Virus record (IMG/VR): IMGVR_UViG_3300007535_000003
Location: 1 to 64,000 of that record
DNA: 64,000 nt
DNA from: a virus
Strand: one strand, 5' to 3'
Position numbers and translations under genes: made by a program. The notes below the pieces were generated by a model. The model searched no databases and was not told the DNA's origin. It saw only the letters and a program-made list of their open reading frames with translations. This document shows, piece after piece, positions 1 to 10,082 of this stretch; the stretch's first letter is position 1, and every line of letters starts with the position of its first letter.

Positions 1-3000
1 GAATTAACAAGAAGCTTAATAGTAGAATCATAGGTAGTACCATAAAACTTACCGTAGTAAGCACTATCAGTACTGTAAATATAAAAATTTCTACCATCTT
101 TAGTGGATAAAAGCTCCCTATTAACATTAATATAATAAGTAGCATCTATACTATATAAGGACTGGAATAAGCCTAAGCGCTCATTATAAACTAAAGTTTT
201 AGTATCTGCCCCATTTGAAAGTGTAAATAGAATCTCATTACGCTTTTCATCTTTACCAGATACACAGCTAGTAAAATCGTATTGATTCATAAAAGGCTGC
301 ATAGCTTTTTCCTTAGTCAAGCTAGTTACTTTAAGCTTACCGTATTGATCCCTATACATATGCACTATAGTATTAGTGTATGAATCAAACCAGTATAAAC
401 CTGTAGATGTATTCACTATAGAATATTTATTAGTGCAGCCATAGTCTGTAGTAATATAATCAAATCTAGATAATAAAGTACCAGTACCTAAAACAAGTTG
501 TTGGCCTGAATTATCTTGTACTAAAGAACGTTCATTAACTGAAACTACGCCTATAGCCCTCTCTTGTAGATAGTATAGCTTATCCTCAAACTTGTATAAA
601 CTCACTATATCCCCATATGAAGAGTCTACATCAATATAATCATTAGCTGGATATAATAGCCAGCTATCGTATTTTTCCCCATTAATCTTATTACTAGATG
701 CTACTATCCTATTTTTGAATATATTAGTAGAATCGCTTTGTTGCTCCTCAGTGATTACAGCTTCCTTTTTAATATCATTATCTTTAGAATAAACCGTGTT
801 GTATACATACAGCGGCTCTAAGTTCTGATCAGAATCCTCATCTTCATTGAGGTATTTAATATTTGAAGTTATATCACTGAATTTAGTAGCATAGTCTCCT
901 TGTCTTAGTTCCATGTTTATACTAGATTCTAATGGGACTATGTCTACCTCTGCAAATGATCTATCATTCCTACTTTCTACTTCAGGTATAAAGCTTTCGT
1001 ATGTTATAGGTTGTAAATCAGCAGCATTTATAAATATATCCCCGTTATAAGGAGCTGTACTACCTGTACCTGTCTGTACACCAGTTATAGCTATATATTT
1101 GTTATTATTCCTTACAGAGTTAGTATTACCCCCATACATAGTACTGTAATTATAACGCTTGTAGTTAGCGATATATGGAGATTTATAATCTACACTCCCC
1201 CCATAATTGAAAGGTGCGTAACCTGTACCTCCTTGTTTAGTAATATGCTCTGAGTACAGAGGCCTTAATAACATCGAACTCACTGTACGTGCAATTTTAT
1301 CATACTTAACATTAGGAGACATCATATAAGACCAATAATCATATTTACCTATAGTATGTTTATCAGCTGTAACATTTGTATTCCAGTCAGAACCTGAGAA
1401 ATAAGGTTCCCCTACACTACGTATAATCTTAGAATCATCTATAGAAGCTACTGATATATCTTCTGTAATACCATTGTACCACTTATACATAGAAGAAATA
1501 ACAAGACCATCATCTAATATATGTGTACCCCTATTATCAGATAGTATACTGTTTAAAAACCCTATACATTCTATATAATCACCATCTAGACTGAATCCAC
1601 CCTCTTTGTAAAAAACTGTTTCAGGAGAAATAAACTGAAGTAGGTAATAATTAATGTAGCTATCTGTATAGCTAGCATCTAGATCTCTAGAATTAGACCT
1701 AGCTGGAAATGCTTGATACCCAGTATCATCCCCCTCCCTAGCTTCGTCCCCCCTATTATTGGGGAATGTAGGTTTAACTATACCTTGACTAAGTACACTC
1801 TTATCTGAAGTAGTTCGTTCAGTCCTAAGTATTTGATAAGCCGTTGCACCGGTAGGTAACGATGTTACTTCAAACACAGGGCTTAGTATATTACCAAAAG
1901 CACTACTACCATTTGTACTGTGTATAGGTTCCTCTATTATATGAGGCATCCTTAAATCACATATCCACTGGGGAGATGTTTCATGCCCTTCATTATTCAA
2001 GAACTTTATAGAGAAACGGTATATCTCATCCCTTTGATAGGATTGGAAATTAGCTGTATAATATGGACTAGCGTAGTTTTTAAAGCCGTACTTAGCTACT
2101 CTAGTAGATACAGAGGCTTTCTTGCTATCACCTGAATCCTCTAATACTATCTCTTTAGTCTCAAACGATATATTTATATTAGGACCTGAAGCACCCAAAG
2201 TATCACCATCTTTTTGATACTTATAATGATCATAATCGTTCATGGGATTATCATAGCCAGCATCGCCAAGAGACCCATCATAAGTACCATAATATGGTAT
2301 GTAGTTAAATGAATTGATTGCATCTAAATCAGTATCTGTAGGCCATGAAGGGCTAGTACCATCTATAGTAGCTTCTACAGTGGTATTACTATTGTATATT
2401 GTAGCTGATTGATCTGAAGTAAACCTATAAGCCCTAGAGTCATAACCACTTAAATCTATACCTTCAGTACTAGTAGTCTCTACATCAGCTAAAAATAGCC
2501 TATTATCTTTACTCTCTAATAACCTAGCTTTGCTTATTATGCTGGAAGCACTAGTAGTAGTACTAGATTCTACTAGTAATTCCTCTAAAGTTATAGTACC
2601 TTCGTAGCTAGAACCTGTATCTGTAAACTTGTAACTAGTAGTCCCTGAAGACATACTTACCTGACTAATCCTGTTTATTAAGGGAGTACCAGTAATAGAA
2701 TCGTAGTGTACAGAGTAAGGTATAATTTTATCATATAATTTAACTATAGAATCAGTAACTGTAACTTCCATAATGAATGCCTTACCACAGTTTTCATCTA
2801 CGTCTGAGCCTGTATATGTCCTAGTATTAGATGCAAATTCATTCGATTTAGATATGTGATATAGTCCAGTTAAGTTAGATATAGGAGATTGACTACCGCT
2901 ATTTGATACAAATCTATAAGCGTATTGAACAGTACCCGCTAATAAAGACCCATTACCTATAGAAGACAATTCTATACTAGAGTCCGTAAAAGGAAATGAA

Positions 3001-3581
3001 GGTGAAGAAGATAGACTACTTGGTGATACATAGTATCCTGAATCATCTTTAACACCTTCAGGAGCATCTAATACATTAAAACGCCTTATACCAGAAGTAC
3101 CGTCAAGCCAATATAGGTTTTCAACATTATCAGTTTCAGCCCTCAGTATAGCAGATATATTAGTACTGGTATCCCAGCCAAAACCCTCATAACCAGAATA
3201 GCTATATATAGCGTCATAATCACTATACAGCTCTTTATGAGAACTTACAGTGCTACCATCAAATACTACTTCATATATTGAAGAGTGGTCAGAACCATCT
3301 GCAACTAGAAATAGTATTACTCTGCTACCATTAACAGTATAGCCTATAAGATCGTAGTAATAGGAGCTTTCAACACTATTAAGCCTAATATCTGTATTAG
3401 CTAAAGACAGCGTATTACCTTTTATATTCTCTAGTGCGCCAGTAGAGTTATATTCATCAGCAATGAGCCTTAGATTCTCAGCATGGAGATACATATTAGG
3501 CTTCATGACGCTATAGTCCAAATCTTTATTCATGCCGCCTGAAAAAGTACTGGCGTGCTGTTGTTGTTGTTGTTTAGGCAT
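1..3581 (-). CDS. Tail stabilization/muzzle protein (crAss-like, P22 gp10-like); runs off the left edge
   Basis: ATG at 3581, read as MPKQQQQQHASTFSGGMNKDLDYSVMKPNMYLHAENLRL...GALENIKGN. This N-terminus is typical of crAss-like muzzle proteins, and the gene follows the ring protein. Absent from the ORF track because it is truncated. Confidence 0.75.
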   Translation of the reverse strand, partial: MPKQQQQQHASTFSGGMNKDLDYSVMKPNMYLHAENLRLIADEYNSTGALENIKGNTLSLANTDIRLNSVESSYYYDLIGYTVNGSRVILFLVADGSDHSSIYEVVFDGSTVSSHKELYSDYDAIYSYSGYEGFGWDTSTNISAILRAETDNVENLYWLDGTSGIRRFNVLDAPEGVKDDSGYYVSPSSLSSSPSFPFTDSSIELSSIGNGSLLAGTVQYAYRFVSNSGSQSPISNLTGLYHISKSNEFASNTRTYTGSDVDENCGKAFIMEVTVTDSIVKLYDKIIPYSVHYDSITGTPLINRISQVSMSSGTTSYKFTDTGSSYEGTITLEELLVESSTTTSASSIISKARLLESKDNRLFLADVETTSTEGIDLSGYDSRAYRFTSDQSATIYNSNTTVEATIDGTSPSWPTDTDLDAINSFNYIPYYGTYDGSLGDAGYDNPMNDYDHYKYQKDGDTLGASGPNINISFETKEIVLEDSGDSKKASVSTRVAKYGFKNYASPYYTANFQSYQRDEIYRFSIKFLNNEGHETSPQWICDLRMPHIIEEPIHSTNGSSAFGNILSPVFEVTSLPTGATAYQILRTERTTSDKSVLSQGIVKPTFPNNRGDEAREGDDTGYQAFPARSNSRDLDASYTDSYINYYLLQFISPETVFYKEGGFSLDGDYIECIGFLNSILSDNRGTHILDDGLVISSMYKWYNGITEDISVASIDDSKIIRSVGEPYFSGSDWNTNVTADKHTIGKYDYWSYMMSPNVKYDKIARTVSSMLLRPLYSEHITKQGGTGYAPFNYGGSVDYKSPYIANYKRYNYSTMYGGNTNSVRNNNKYIAITGVQTGTGSTAPYNGDIFINAADLQPITYESFIPEVESRNDRSFAEVDIVPLESSINMELRQGDYATKFSDITSNIKYLNEDEDSDQNLEPLYVYNTVYSKDNDIKKEAVITEEQQSDSTNIFKNRIVASSNKINGEKYDSWLLYPANDYIDVDSSYGDIVSLYKFEDKLYYLQERAIGVVSVNERSLVQDNSGQQLVLGTGTLLSRFDYITTDYGCTNKYSIVNTSTGLYWFDSYTNTIVHMYRDQYGKLKVTSLTKEKAMQPFMNQYDFTSCVSGKDEKRNEILFTLSNGADTKTLVYNERLGLFQSLYSIDATYYINVNRELLSTKDGRNFYIYSTDSAYYGKFYGTTYDSTIKLLVN

Positions 3582-3583
3582 AA

Positions 3584-4519
3584 TTAGCTAAAATTCCTCA
3601 GTTGTTGTTGTTGATTAAGATTCTGCATAAACTTCTCCCCTTCATTTATCTTAGGGATAAGTCTTATCCAACTGTTCTTAAGTGACTCTAGTTCATCTAT
3701 AGATTTAGGACCTACAGATTTACCATACGCCTGTTTGACATAGAAGCGCCATTTACTGGCAGCGTGTACATATATTTCTTTATCCTTTAGCTCACCTCGT
3801 ATCCATTGCAAATAGAATATCTTAGTAGCTATATACCAAAAGATAGCATCTATAAAGCTTTGATTATCTGATACCATTGGATAACCATAGTAGTCTAAGG
3901 GGATGGCTAGGTATGAAATCATCAAGTACCCAGTCTTAACATTAGTTTTAATATACCCTGGTACTATCTTATACTCCAACAAATCTGTATTAACTGTACC
4001 CCCATCACTAGACATTTGTATTACCCCCTCATCTAGTAAAGTCCTTAATATAGATTCAGTTTCTTCGTCAGTATTAAGCTTTGTCACTGCTTCTTCATAG
4101 GTTAAATCAAATAACCTCATAGTAAGATCTATAAGGTCTGATGTGGCTACATTACTTAAGTCTACAGCCCCATCTAAATGCTCATGGTCTATATCTTTAG
4201 TTAGACCATAATTACCTGAGAAACTGCCCGAAGCATACTTCATTGGATAGAAGTTATCAGAACTCTCTTCTAGAGCATATGCAACTTGAATTACCTGTTT
4301 ACAGTCATACGGTAAAGGAGCTTGGTAATCTGTTATTTTCTTTAGTGGTACACCAGCTTTACCTGTAACCTTTTGTACATAAGAATTTGGGGCTTCTATC
4401 TTCTCTAAAGCTTCTGCAGCCCATTCAACCATATCGTTTATAGGTACATCAGATTCACCTAAGCCTAAATCTGCATATACTTTAGATATGATACTCTTCA
4501 ATGATATTAAATTATTCAT
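3584..4519 (-). CDS. Tail ring/tubular protein (P22 gp4-like)
   Basis: SIISKVYADL...EWAAEALEKI and ISYLAIPLD..GYPMV..FIDAIFWYI motifs; position next to the muzzle gene. Confidence 0.65.
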   Translation of the reverse strand: MNNLISLKSIISKVYADLGLGESDVPINDMVEWAAEALEKIEAPNSYVQKVTGKAGVPLKKITDYQAPLPYDCKQVIQVAYALEESSDNFYPMKYASGSFSGNYGLTKDIDHEHLDGAVDLSNVATSDLIDLTMRLFDLTYEEAVTKLNTDEETESILRTLLDEGVIQMSSDGGTVNTDLLEYKIVPGYIKTNVKTGYLMISYLAIPLDYYGYPMVSDNQSFIDAIFWYIATKIFYLQWIRGELKDKEIYVHAASKWRFYVKQAYGKSVGPKSIDELESLKNSWIRLIPKINEGEKFMQNLNQQQQLRNFS

Positions 4520-4524
4520 ATAAA

Positions 4525-5013
4525 TTAGTTTTCAAAGTAGTCAGCCAGTTTATTTTTTATAATGTGAGCTAACCTACGCTTATTACCCCTTGAGGGTATA
4601 AATCTGTAAAAACTCTTATGTTTAACTACAGCCTTCCTTTTATCCCATTTGAACATATACTTATATCCATCACTATGTTCGTTAAAATGGTATATAGTTT
4701 TGCCATACTTCTTTGTTAAATTAAAATCTACCGATAGCCTTTTCTTCCTACCCATGCTAGACTTTAGTTTAATTATTCTAAGGCTACCTAACCTATAAGG
4801 CATCTTAAAAGTACCAGCTTCATATAGCATATAGTCTACCATACTAAGTACAAAGTCCTTGTTTATATCTGCATATTCTTCTTTAGATATAGCATAGGGG
4901 GAATTATTAAACTTATCAGCTATATAATCTTCATACATGTTAATAAAAGTGTACGAATCTTTAACTATATTTTCGCCTCTTTTACTCATTACTAACCGGC
5001 TGTTTTTCAACAT
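4525..5013 (-). CDS. IHF/HU-like DNA-binding protein of crAss-like phages
   Basis: Basic protein with FKMPYRLGSLRIIK and HFNEHSDGYKYMFKW; conserved slot in the tail module. Confidence 0.65.
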   Translation of the reverse strand: MLKNSRLVMSKRGENIVKDSYTFINMYEDYIADKFNNSPYAISKEEYADINKDFVLSMVDYMLYEAGTFKMPYRLGSLRIIKLKSSMGRKKRLSVDFNLTKKYGKTIYHFNEHSDGYKYMFKWDKRKAVVKHKSFYRFIPSRGNKRRLAHIIKNKLADYFEN

Positions 5014-5668
5014 TAGGACTTAAATTAAACTGGGCATCATTAGAGGTATCACTAGGTGCTCTAGAGATAATACCCAGCTCCTTGCTTAATATCATCTGTT
5101 TTAATATAGGTACTTTATCTTGCGGTAAAGGATAGTTAGCGTACCAATTTGTATCGTTACTATCTTCAACTTCTAATGGATTCTCAAATATACCACGTAT
5201 ATTGATATACTCTAATTCTTCAGAACCTTTGATGTATATACGCTGATTGCGTAGTGCAGCTGTCTCATCCTTACCAGTGTATTTCCTATACTTCTGCCAA
5301 TGTAATCTACTGTAAGGTACTACTTGTATTTGTTTACCAAGAACAGTACCAACATACTTAATACCACTACCTAGTGGTAAATCCAATGTTTTAGGCAATT
5401 GGTTTTTAGTCCTAAGTATATAATAATCAGAGTCTATACTATTATCTTCAGCTTCATCAACAAACTCAAGCTCTTCATTATCTAATTCCTGTAAGTAATC
5501 TGGATTAAGACTATAACCCTTAGTTAAGTCCCTACGAATTAGTAAAGCCCTGTATTGATGTACCCAATCTTCTATCTGTCTGATAGAAACTGGCTCACTT
5601 TGATTAACTATAGATCCCCTGATTATAGTAAGTAAATCTTTAGTAAGTTTTTCTAGATCTATACCCAT
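4982..5668 (-). CDS. Tail ring protein (putative)
   Basis: RQIEDWVHQYRALLIRR...INIRGIFENP motifs; synteny. Confidence 0.6.
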   Translation of the reverse strand: MGIDLEKLTKDLLTIIRGSIVNQSEPVSIRQIEDWVHQYRALLIRRDLTKGYSLNPDYLQELDNEELEFVDEAEDNSIDSDYYILRTKNQLPKTLDLPLGSGIKYVGTVLGKQIQVVPYSRLHWQKYRKYTGKDETAALRNQRIYIKGSEELEYINIRGIFENPLEVEDSNDTNWYANYPLPQDKVPILKQMILSKELGIISRAPSDTSNDAQFNLSPNVEKQPVSNE

Positions 5669-5678
5669 TTTATATTAA

Positions 5679-5954
5679 TTAATATTTTACAGAATCCAGT
5701 ACTATATATTTACTTTGGACTATTGTATAAATATCAGTACCATCAGTAATATTTATTTCGTATATATACGTTCCAGCTGATATATCATTATCATCAGGAT
5801 CTACTTTAAAAGTAACATTCAGCCCATCTACGCTACCAGTTATTTCAAATGTTGTACTGCCACCATAATCATCCTTTACAGTCAGGGATGGAGTATAGCC
5901 GCTTAGGGATGAAAGACCTGACACGGTACATACTATCTCTGCTGCTCGACCCAT
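5679..5954 (-). CDS. Small beta-rich virion protein (BppU-N-like)
   Basis: AGTYIYEINITDG motif; located in the tail module. Confidence 0.4.
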   Translation of the reverse strand: MGRAAEIVCTVSGLSSLSGYTPSLTVKDDYGGSTTFEITGSVDGLNVTFKVDPDDNDISAGTYIYEINITDGTDIYTIVQSKYIVLDSVKY

Positions 5955-6142
5955 TCATTATATACCGCCTCCGCTTCTTTATCATTTAAGGTCTTGGTTT
6001 CGGGCATAGCTTCAAGACTGTCAATAATCTGCTTTGCCCTGCCCCACATTTCATCTACTTTCACGGTACGCCACCGAGTATACTCGTGTTTGATGGTGTT
6101 ATCGTCTATCCGCTCAAATGTTCCTATGTTGCTTTCTGCCAT
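5933..6142 (-). CDS. Hypothetical protein
   Basis: 69-aa ORF overlapping its neighbour. Confidence 0.5.
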   Translation of the reverse strand: MAESNIGTFERIDDNTIKHEYTRWRTVKVDEMWGRAKQIIDSLEAMPETKTLNDKEAEAVYNEWVEQQR

Positions 6143-6158
6143 AATTAACTGGTTGTCT

Positions 6159-6875
6159 CTATAATAGTATAAGTATTGCTATACCTTCAGCTATAGCTAC
6201 ACCATAACCTACAAGTTTCCTATTCTTTTGTTTAGTAATTTCTTCTTCATACTCTGAGGCTAAATCTCTATACATATTTTTTACTTCACTTATTTTCTCA
6301 ACTTGTAACTCAAGATTATCATTCCTTCTAGTTAAAGTAGCTATCTCATCTTCTCTCAGCCTATTTATACTTTTTAGATGCTGTATCTGATTTTGCTGAT
6401 TGTCTATAATCTCGCCTCTTTCCCTATAATCTATATGAGTATCTACTATATCTTTAGCTGTAATATCTTGAAAAGCTATATAAATAGAGCTATCACCTCC
6501 AACAAACCCTACATCTAAAAGCTCGTAATTATCGCCAGCATAATGATCTACAATGTATTGAGCTATAGAATCTATAGGCATGCTATCTACTTCAGCTTTT
6601 AAACTATCGTATTTAGCTGCTATCTCTTCTTTAGCTTCTTTCTCTAACCACCATAATTTTTTGTACCTCTCTACTTCTTCGGATAAGCTATCGCTCCTAT
6701 CAGATTCTTTAGTATAAGCTTCCTCAAGCATATTAATACTATCCTGTTGAAATTCTATACTATCCTTCAAATTTATATTCTTTTCCTGAAGAGCTTGTTT
6801 ATCTTGCCTGTCCCCATGCCACATAATAGCGACAAATATAAGTGCAGCTGCACCTACTATATTAAGAATTTTCAT
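6159..6875 (-). CDS. Membrane-anchored coiled-coil protein, possible spanin
   Basis: N-terminal TM, long coiled coil, C-terminal hydrophobic segment; directly downstream of endolysin and holin-like genes. Confidence 0.45.
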   Translation of the reverse strand: MKILNIVGAAALIFVAIMWHGDRQDKQALQEKNINLKDSIEFQQDSINMLEEAYTKESDRSDSLSEEVERYKKLWWLEKEAKEEIAAKYDSLKAEVDSMPIDSIAQYIVDHYAGDNYELLDVGFVGGDSSIYIAFQDITAKDIVDTHIDYRERGEIIDNQQNQIQHLKSINRLREDEIATLTRRNDNLELQVEKISEVKNMYRDLASEYEEEITKQKNRKLVGYGVAIAEGIAILILL

Positions 6876-7068
6876 GACTATTGTTTTTATTGTTATTATT
6901 CTTACCAAACTTTCTACCAGCTTCTTCTGTTATTATCGCACTCATACCAGAAGGTATGCCTACAGACCAATAAGTACTATCCTCAGTATAAAAACTTAAA
7001 ACTGCTGATAAAAGTATGACAATGTATCCAGCTATCCTAGGAGCTGTTAAAAATTGTTTACCCTTCAT
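6862..7068 (-). CDS. Holin-like small membrane protein
   Basis: Two short hydrophobic segments and a basic C-terminus; adjacent to the endolysin; likely start ATG 7068. Confidence 0.4.
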   Translation of the reverse strand: MKGKQFLTAPRIAGYIVILLSAVLSFYTEDSTYWSVGIPSGMSAIITEEAGRKFGKNNNNKNNSHENS

Positions 7069-7531
7069 AGTATCTGTATTTAGTCTTGTTACCTTTCTTA
7101 TATGCAACTAAAGCTTCATTCCTATTATCTTCAGTAGATACATAACTTACATGAACCCAGTCAGGTTCTTCCTCATTACCATGCTCCCAAACTAACTGGT
7201 CATAGTCTAAGTTTCTATAGATATAATTAAATATTTGACTGTTATTTATAAAGCCGTACATATCTGCATCTAGATCTACAGCTTCCCCGAATAGGTGCTG
7301 ACTATTTTTAGAGCCACCTATACGCTTATTTAGCTTCTTAGATCTGTAGAAACTAGCTATACCTATAGGCCTACCATAATAGCTCCTTAGAGGCTCAAAA
7401 ATACGCTGAGCCACTCTCTTCATGTTATCCTCTATACAATAACAATACACGTTATTATCTATCCCATATTTAACAGCTGTGTAGGATTTAGTAGCTTCTT
7501 TATAACTTATATGTTCACTGATTCTATCCAT
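7058..7531 (-). CDS. Endolysin, peptidase M15A family
   Basis: SFYRSKKLNKRIGGSKNSQHLFGEAVD and DQLVWEH...WVHVSY zinc peptidase motifs. Confidence 0.9.
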   Translation of the reverse strand: MDRISEHISYKEATKSYTAVKYGIDNNVYCYCIEDNMKRVAQRIFEPLRSYYGRPIGIASFYRSKKLNKRIGGSKNSQHLFGEAVDLDADMYGFINNSQIFNYIYRNLDYDQLVWEHGNEEEPDWVHVSYVSTEDNRNEALVAYKKGNKTKYRYYEG

Positions 7532-7543
7532 AGTACAATTTTA

Positions 7544-7834
7544 TTAAGCTGATATCCACAGTAGTACACCTACTGCAATAGATACTACTGATGCAGCACC
7601 ATATACAGTCCATCTAAATCTTTCTAATTTCTCTACTCTTTTTTCAAGTTCTTTAGTCTTTTTCTCTTCAAGGTCCCTTACTCTTTCTATCCAACCTTTT
7701 TCATGATACTCACTGCCAAGCAAAGCTGTAGCCATATCATTAACTCTTTCCTTAAGCCAATTTACATCTTCTTTCAAAGCTTTAAACTCTCCATTTGGTA
7801 TCTTGTATTCTACTCTTTTAGTATTTTCTTGCAT
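7544..7834 (-). CDS. Holin-like protein (coiled coil plus C-terminal TM)
   Basis: KRVEKLERFRWTVYGAASVVSIAVGVLLW; immediately upstream of the endolysin. Confidence 0.5.
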   Translation of the reverse strand: MQENTKRVEYKIPNGEFKALKEDVNWLKERVNDMATALLGSEYHEKGWIERVRDLEEKKTKELEKRVEKLERFRWTVYGAASVVSIAVGVLLWISA

Positions 7835-7854
7835 AGTTTATATTTATAGACTTA

Positions 7855-8157
7855 TTAAACTTCTAGCTTTAGATTAAGATTGTATTGAGTACCACATATA
7901 TCATTTATATGTGTAATTATATCTTCCATCTCATCCCTGGTAAAAAAGTTTATATTCTCATCTTCTTCATCAGCCTCATCATAGTCCTGTAGTACATATT
8001 CATTAACTATATCTATATAGGCATTAAGTAACATTAGGTTAACCATATCTTTAGTGGAATCTTTACCTAACGCTTTATCTTTGGCTAACCTTTCAGCCTG
8101 CTGGGATGAGTACCAATAGATTTGTAATTTATAGTTATTAAATTCTGATTGAGTCAT
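7855..8157 (-). CDS. Tail hub-like structural protein (putative)
   Basis: NFFTRDEMEDIITHINDICG C-terminus; synteny. Confidence 0.4.
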   Translation of the reverse strand: MTQSEFNNYKLQIYWYSSQQAERLAKDKALGKDSTKDMVNLMLLNAYIDIVNEYVLQDYDEADEEDENINFFTRDEMEDIITHINDICGTQYNLNLKLEV

Positions 8158-8483
8158 TACTCTTTAGGTTTTAATGGGTTATTCTTTCCCTCTAAGATAG
8201 AATTAATCTGACCATAGATAAGTATACCGTATATCTTAGGTAGTTTATTTTGAAGCCTGACTAATTCCTCATTTGTAAGATCTATTTCTTTTTTAGCTTC
8301 ATTCAACTTCATGAATATATCAAAGTCTTTAGCTTTATTAGTCTCTTCCTTCTCTAGCTCTGTTAAAGCTATATTCTTTAGAAGTACGCCTAATTGAGGA
8401 GCTTCTTGTTTACCAGCATCATTACTGATAGTTAGCTTTTCACCATTGGCGTTATAGAGGTTCTGTGTTAAATCTATTTTCAT
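8157..8483 (-). CDS. Hypothetical protein (possible fibre assembly chaperone)
   Basis: 108-aa ORF after the fibre genes, preceded by the late-type promoter motif. Confidence 0.5.
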   Translation of the reverse strand: MKIDLTQNLYNANGEKLTISNDAGKQEAPQLGVLLKNIALTELEKEETNKAKDFDIFMKLNEAKKEIDLTNEELVRLQNKLPKIYGILIYGQINSILEGKNNPLKPKE

Positions 8484-8514
8484 ATTTATTTGATTTTAGT
8501 ATATTCTTATAGTC

Positions 8515-8539
8515 TACGTATAACTGTAAAAATTGTTAC
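8515..8539 (-). promoter_or_regulatory. Putative late promoter GTAAC-N16-CGTA
   Basis: Minus strand GTAAC-AATTTTTACAGTTATA-CGTA in the intergenic gap upstream of the lysis/tail genes; motif recurs elsewhere. Confidence 0.6.
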
Positions 8540-8560
8540 CCTATTATTTATTTAACAAAA

Positions 8561-10081
8561 TTATGGTATCGGAGGTAAACTTATATCTTCATAGCTATCA
8601 TTAGAGGGAGTAGCATTATCCCATACAACCTTTATTATGTATATACCATACCTGTAAGTATCGTCAGCAGCAGCCATTAAATATATAATATCTTTACTAC
8701 TATCAGTATCTGTTTCACTAGAAGTTACGCTTTCTATGATAAAATTTGAATTGAGCCCAGCTTTAGTATTTACAGTATGACTACTTTTATATGTAAGACT
8801 TGTAGAGGTATAAGAGAATCTATGTATTACAAATAAATCATTATTATCTTCGTATCTAATAACATATAAATTATCTTCACTAGCACACATAGTATGCCCC
8901 ATCCAACCTTTTTCGCCTGTAATTTCATCGCTATATCTAACAGATCCAAACGTATTTATACCAGGATTGTTATAATCAAACTTATATCCTACAACTTCTT
9001 GATTTTCATTATAACCATCTGAATAATAAGCATTAATTGTATTACGTACAGCAAATATCTCGTTCCAAGAAGGATAAGGTCTTGCATAAAACGGTGTAGC
9101 CATTTCTTCCCTAAAATTATTCCCAGGATCTAAATTAGATGTCTCCCATTCCTGTCCCCAATTAGTTCCAGGAGTTGTATCAAGTTCCCTAATCCTAAGT
9201 TTTACAGGGTCTCCACTCCCGTCAAGTACTATAGCTGCAAAATAAGAAGTGTTTGTAAATCCTTCTCTATCTATCAACTTATGATGTATTTCTTCCCAAT
9301 CTTTGTTGGATGCTTCAGAATGATACTGAACTTCATCTTTTATAGATCCATCATTCTTAGAACCATCTAAATGATAGAAAAATGACCACACCTCTATATC
9401 ATCACCAGGACCTTCTTGTAAATCACTCATAAGGACAACAGTCCTGGGAGAGCCGGTAGAATCATAATCTGATACCATTATACTCTTTACTTTTGAATTC
9501 ATGGTATAATAATAATCACCTGTACCGTAGTCAAAAAAAGTAATATTAGCGTCAACACCATCTCTATCCTCTATTTTAAGCTCATGCCACCATACTTTTC
9601 CCTCAACATCATCTAATGTGTATATAAAAGGTATAAACAAATAAGCGCTAGAAGTGTTAGAGTTATAGTATAAGTCTATGTCTCTAAGATTACTATATGT
9701 TTCTGTGGTACTAGTATTGGGATTGTAGTAACTATTAAAAGAACTTATTAATGCAATATCGCCAGTATCCCATATTTTAAAAATAAAAATATAATCTGTA
9801 TCTGTCACAGCTACCAGATAAGGTCCAGCAGTATACATACATACAAAATAGCTATAAATAGCTGTTATAGATGAAGCTTGATCATCTCCATAATTTCTAA
9901 AATACAGTTGTTCATATCCGCTTTTATCATCTTTATGAGGATCAAAACCGGAAGGAATGTATGAAGTATCAAAATTATCTGCAATAGACTCCTCAAAAGA
10001 TTGATAAAGATTATCTGTACTAGGATTTACTTCATCTACTATATTTAATAATGTAAAACTATCTGTATTTGGTACTGCCAT
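8561..10081 (-). CDS. Tail fibre/receptor-binding associated protein
   Basis: Follows the S74 fibre; acidic and beta-rich, possibly a propeller. Confidence 0.5.
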   Translation of the reverse strand: MAVPNTDSFTLLNIVDEVNPSTDNLYQSFEESIADNFDTSYIPSGFDPHKDDKSGYEQLYFRNYGDDQASSITAIYSYFVCMYTAGPYLVAVTDTDYIFIFKIWDTGDIALISSFNSYYNPNTSTTETYSNLRDIDLYYNSNTSSAYLFIPFIYTLDDVEGKVWWHELKIEDRDGVDANITFFDYGTGDYYYTMNSKVKSIMVSDYDSTGSPRTVVLMSDLQEGPGDDIEVWSFFYHLDGSKNDGSIKDEVQYHSEASNKDWEEIHHKLIDREGFTNTSYFAAIVLDGSGDPVKLRIRELDTTPGTNWGQEWETSNLDPGNNFREEMATPFYARPYPSWNEIFAVRNTINAYYSDGYNENQEVVGYKFDYNNPGINTFGSVRYSDEITGEKGWMGHTMCASEDNLYVIRYEDNNDLFVIHRFSYTSTSLTYKSSHTVNTKAGLNSNFIIESVTSSETDTDSSKDIIYLMAAADDTYRYGIYIIKVVWDNATPSNDSYEDISLPPIP

Positions 10082-10082
10082 A

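Noticed and set aside
3558-3613. Two TGT/TTG microsatellite runs
   Set aside because: Simple poly-Gln tracts at the ends of two adjacent proteins
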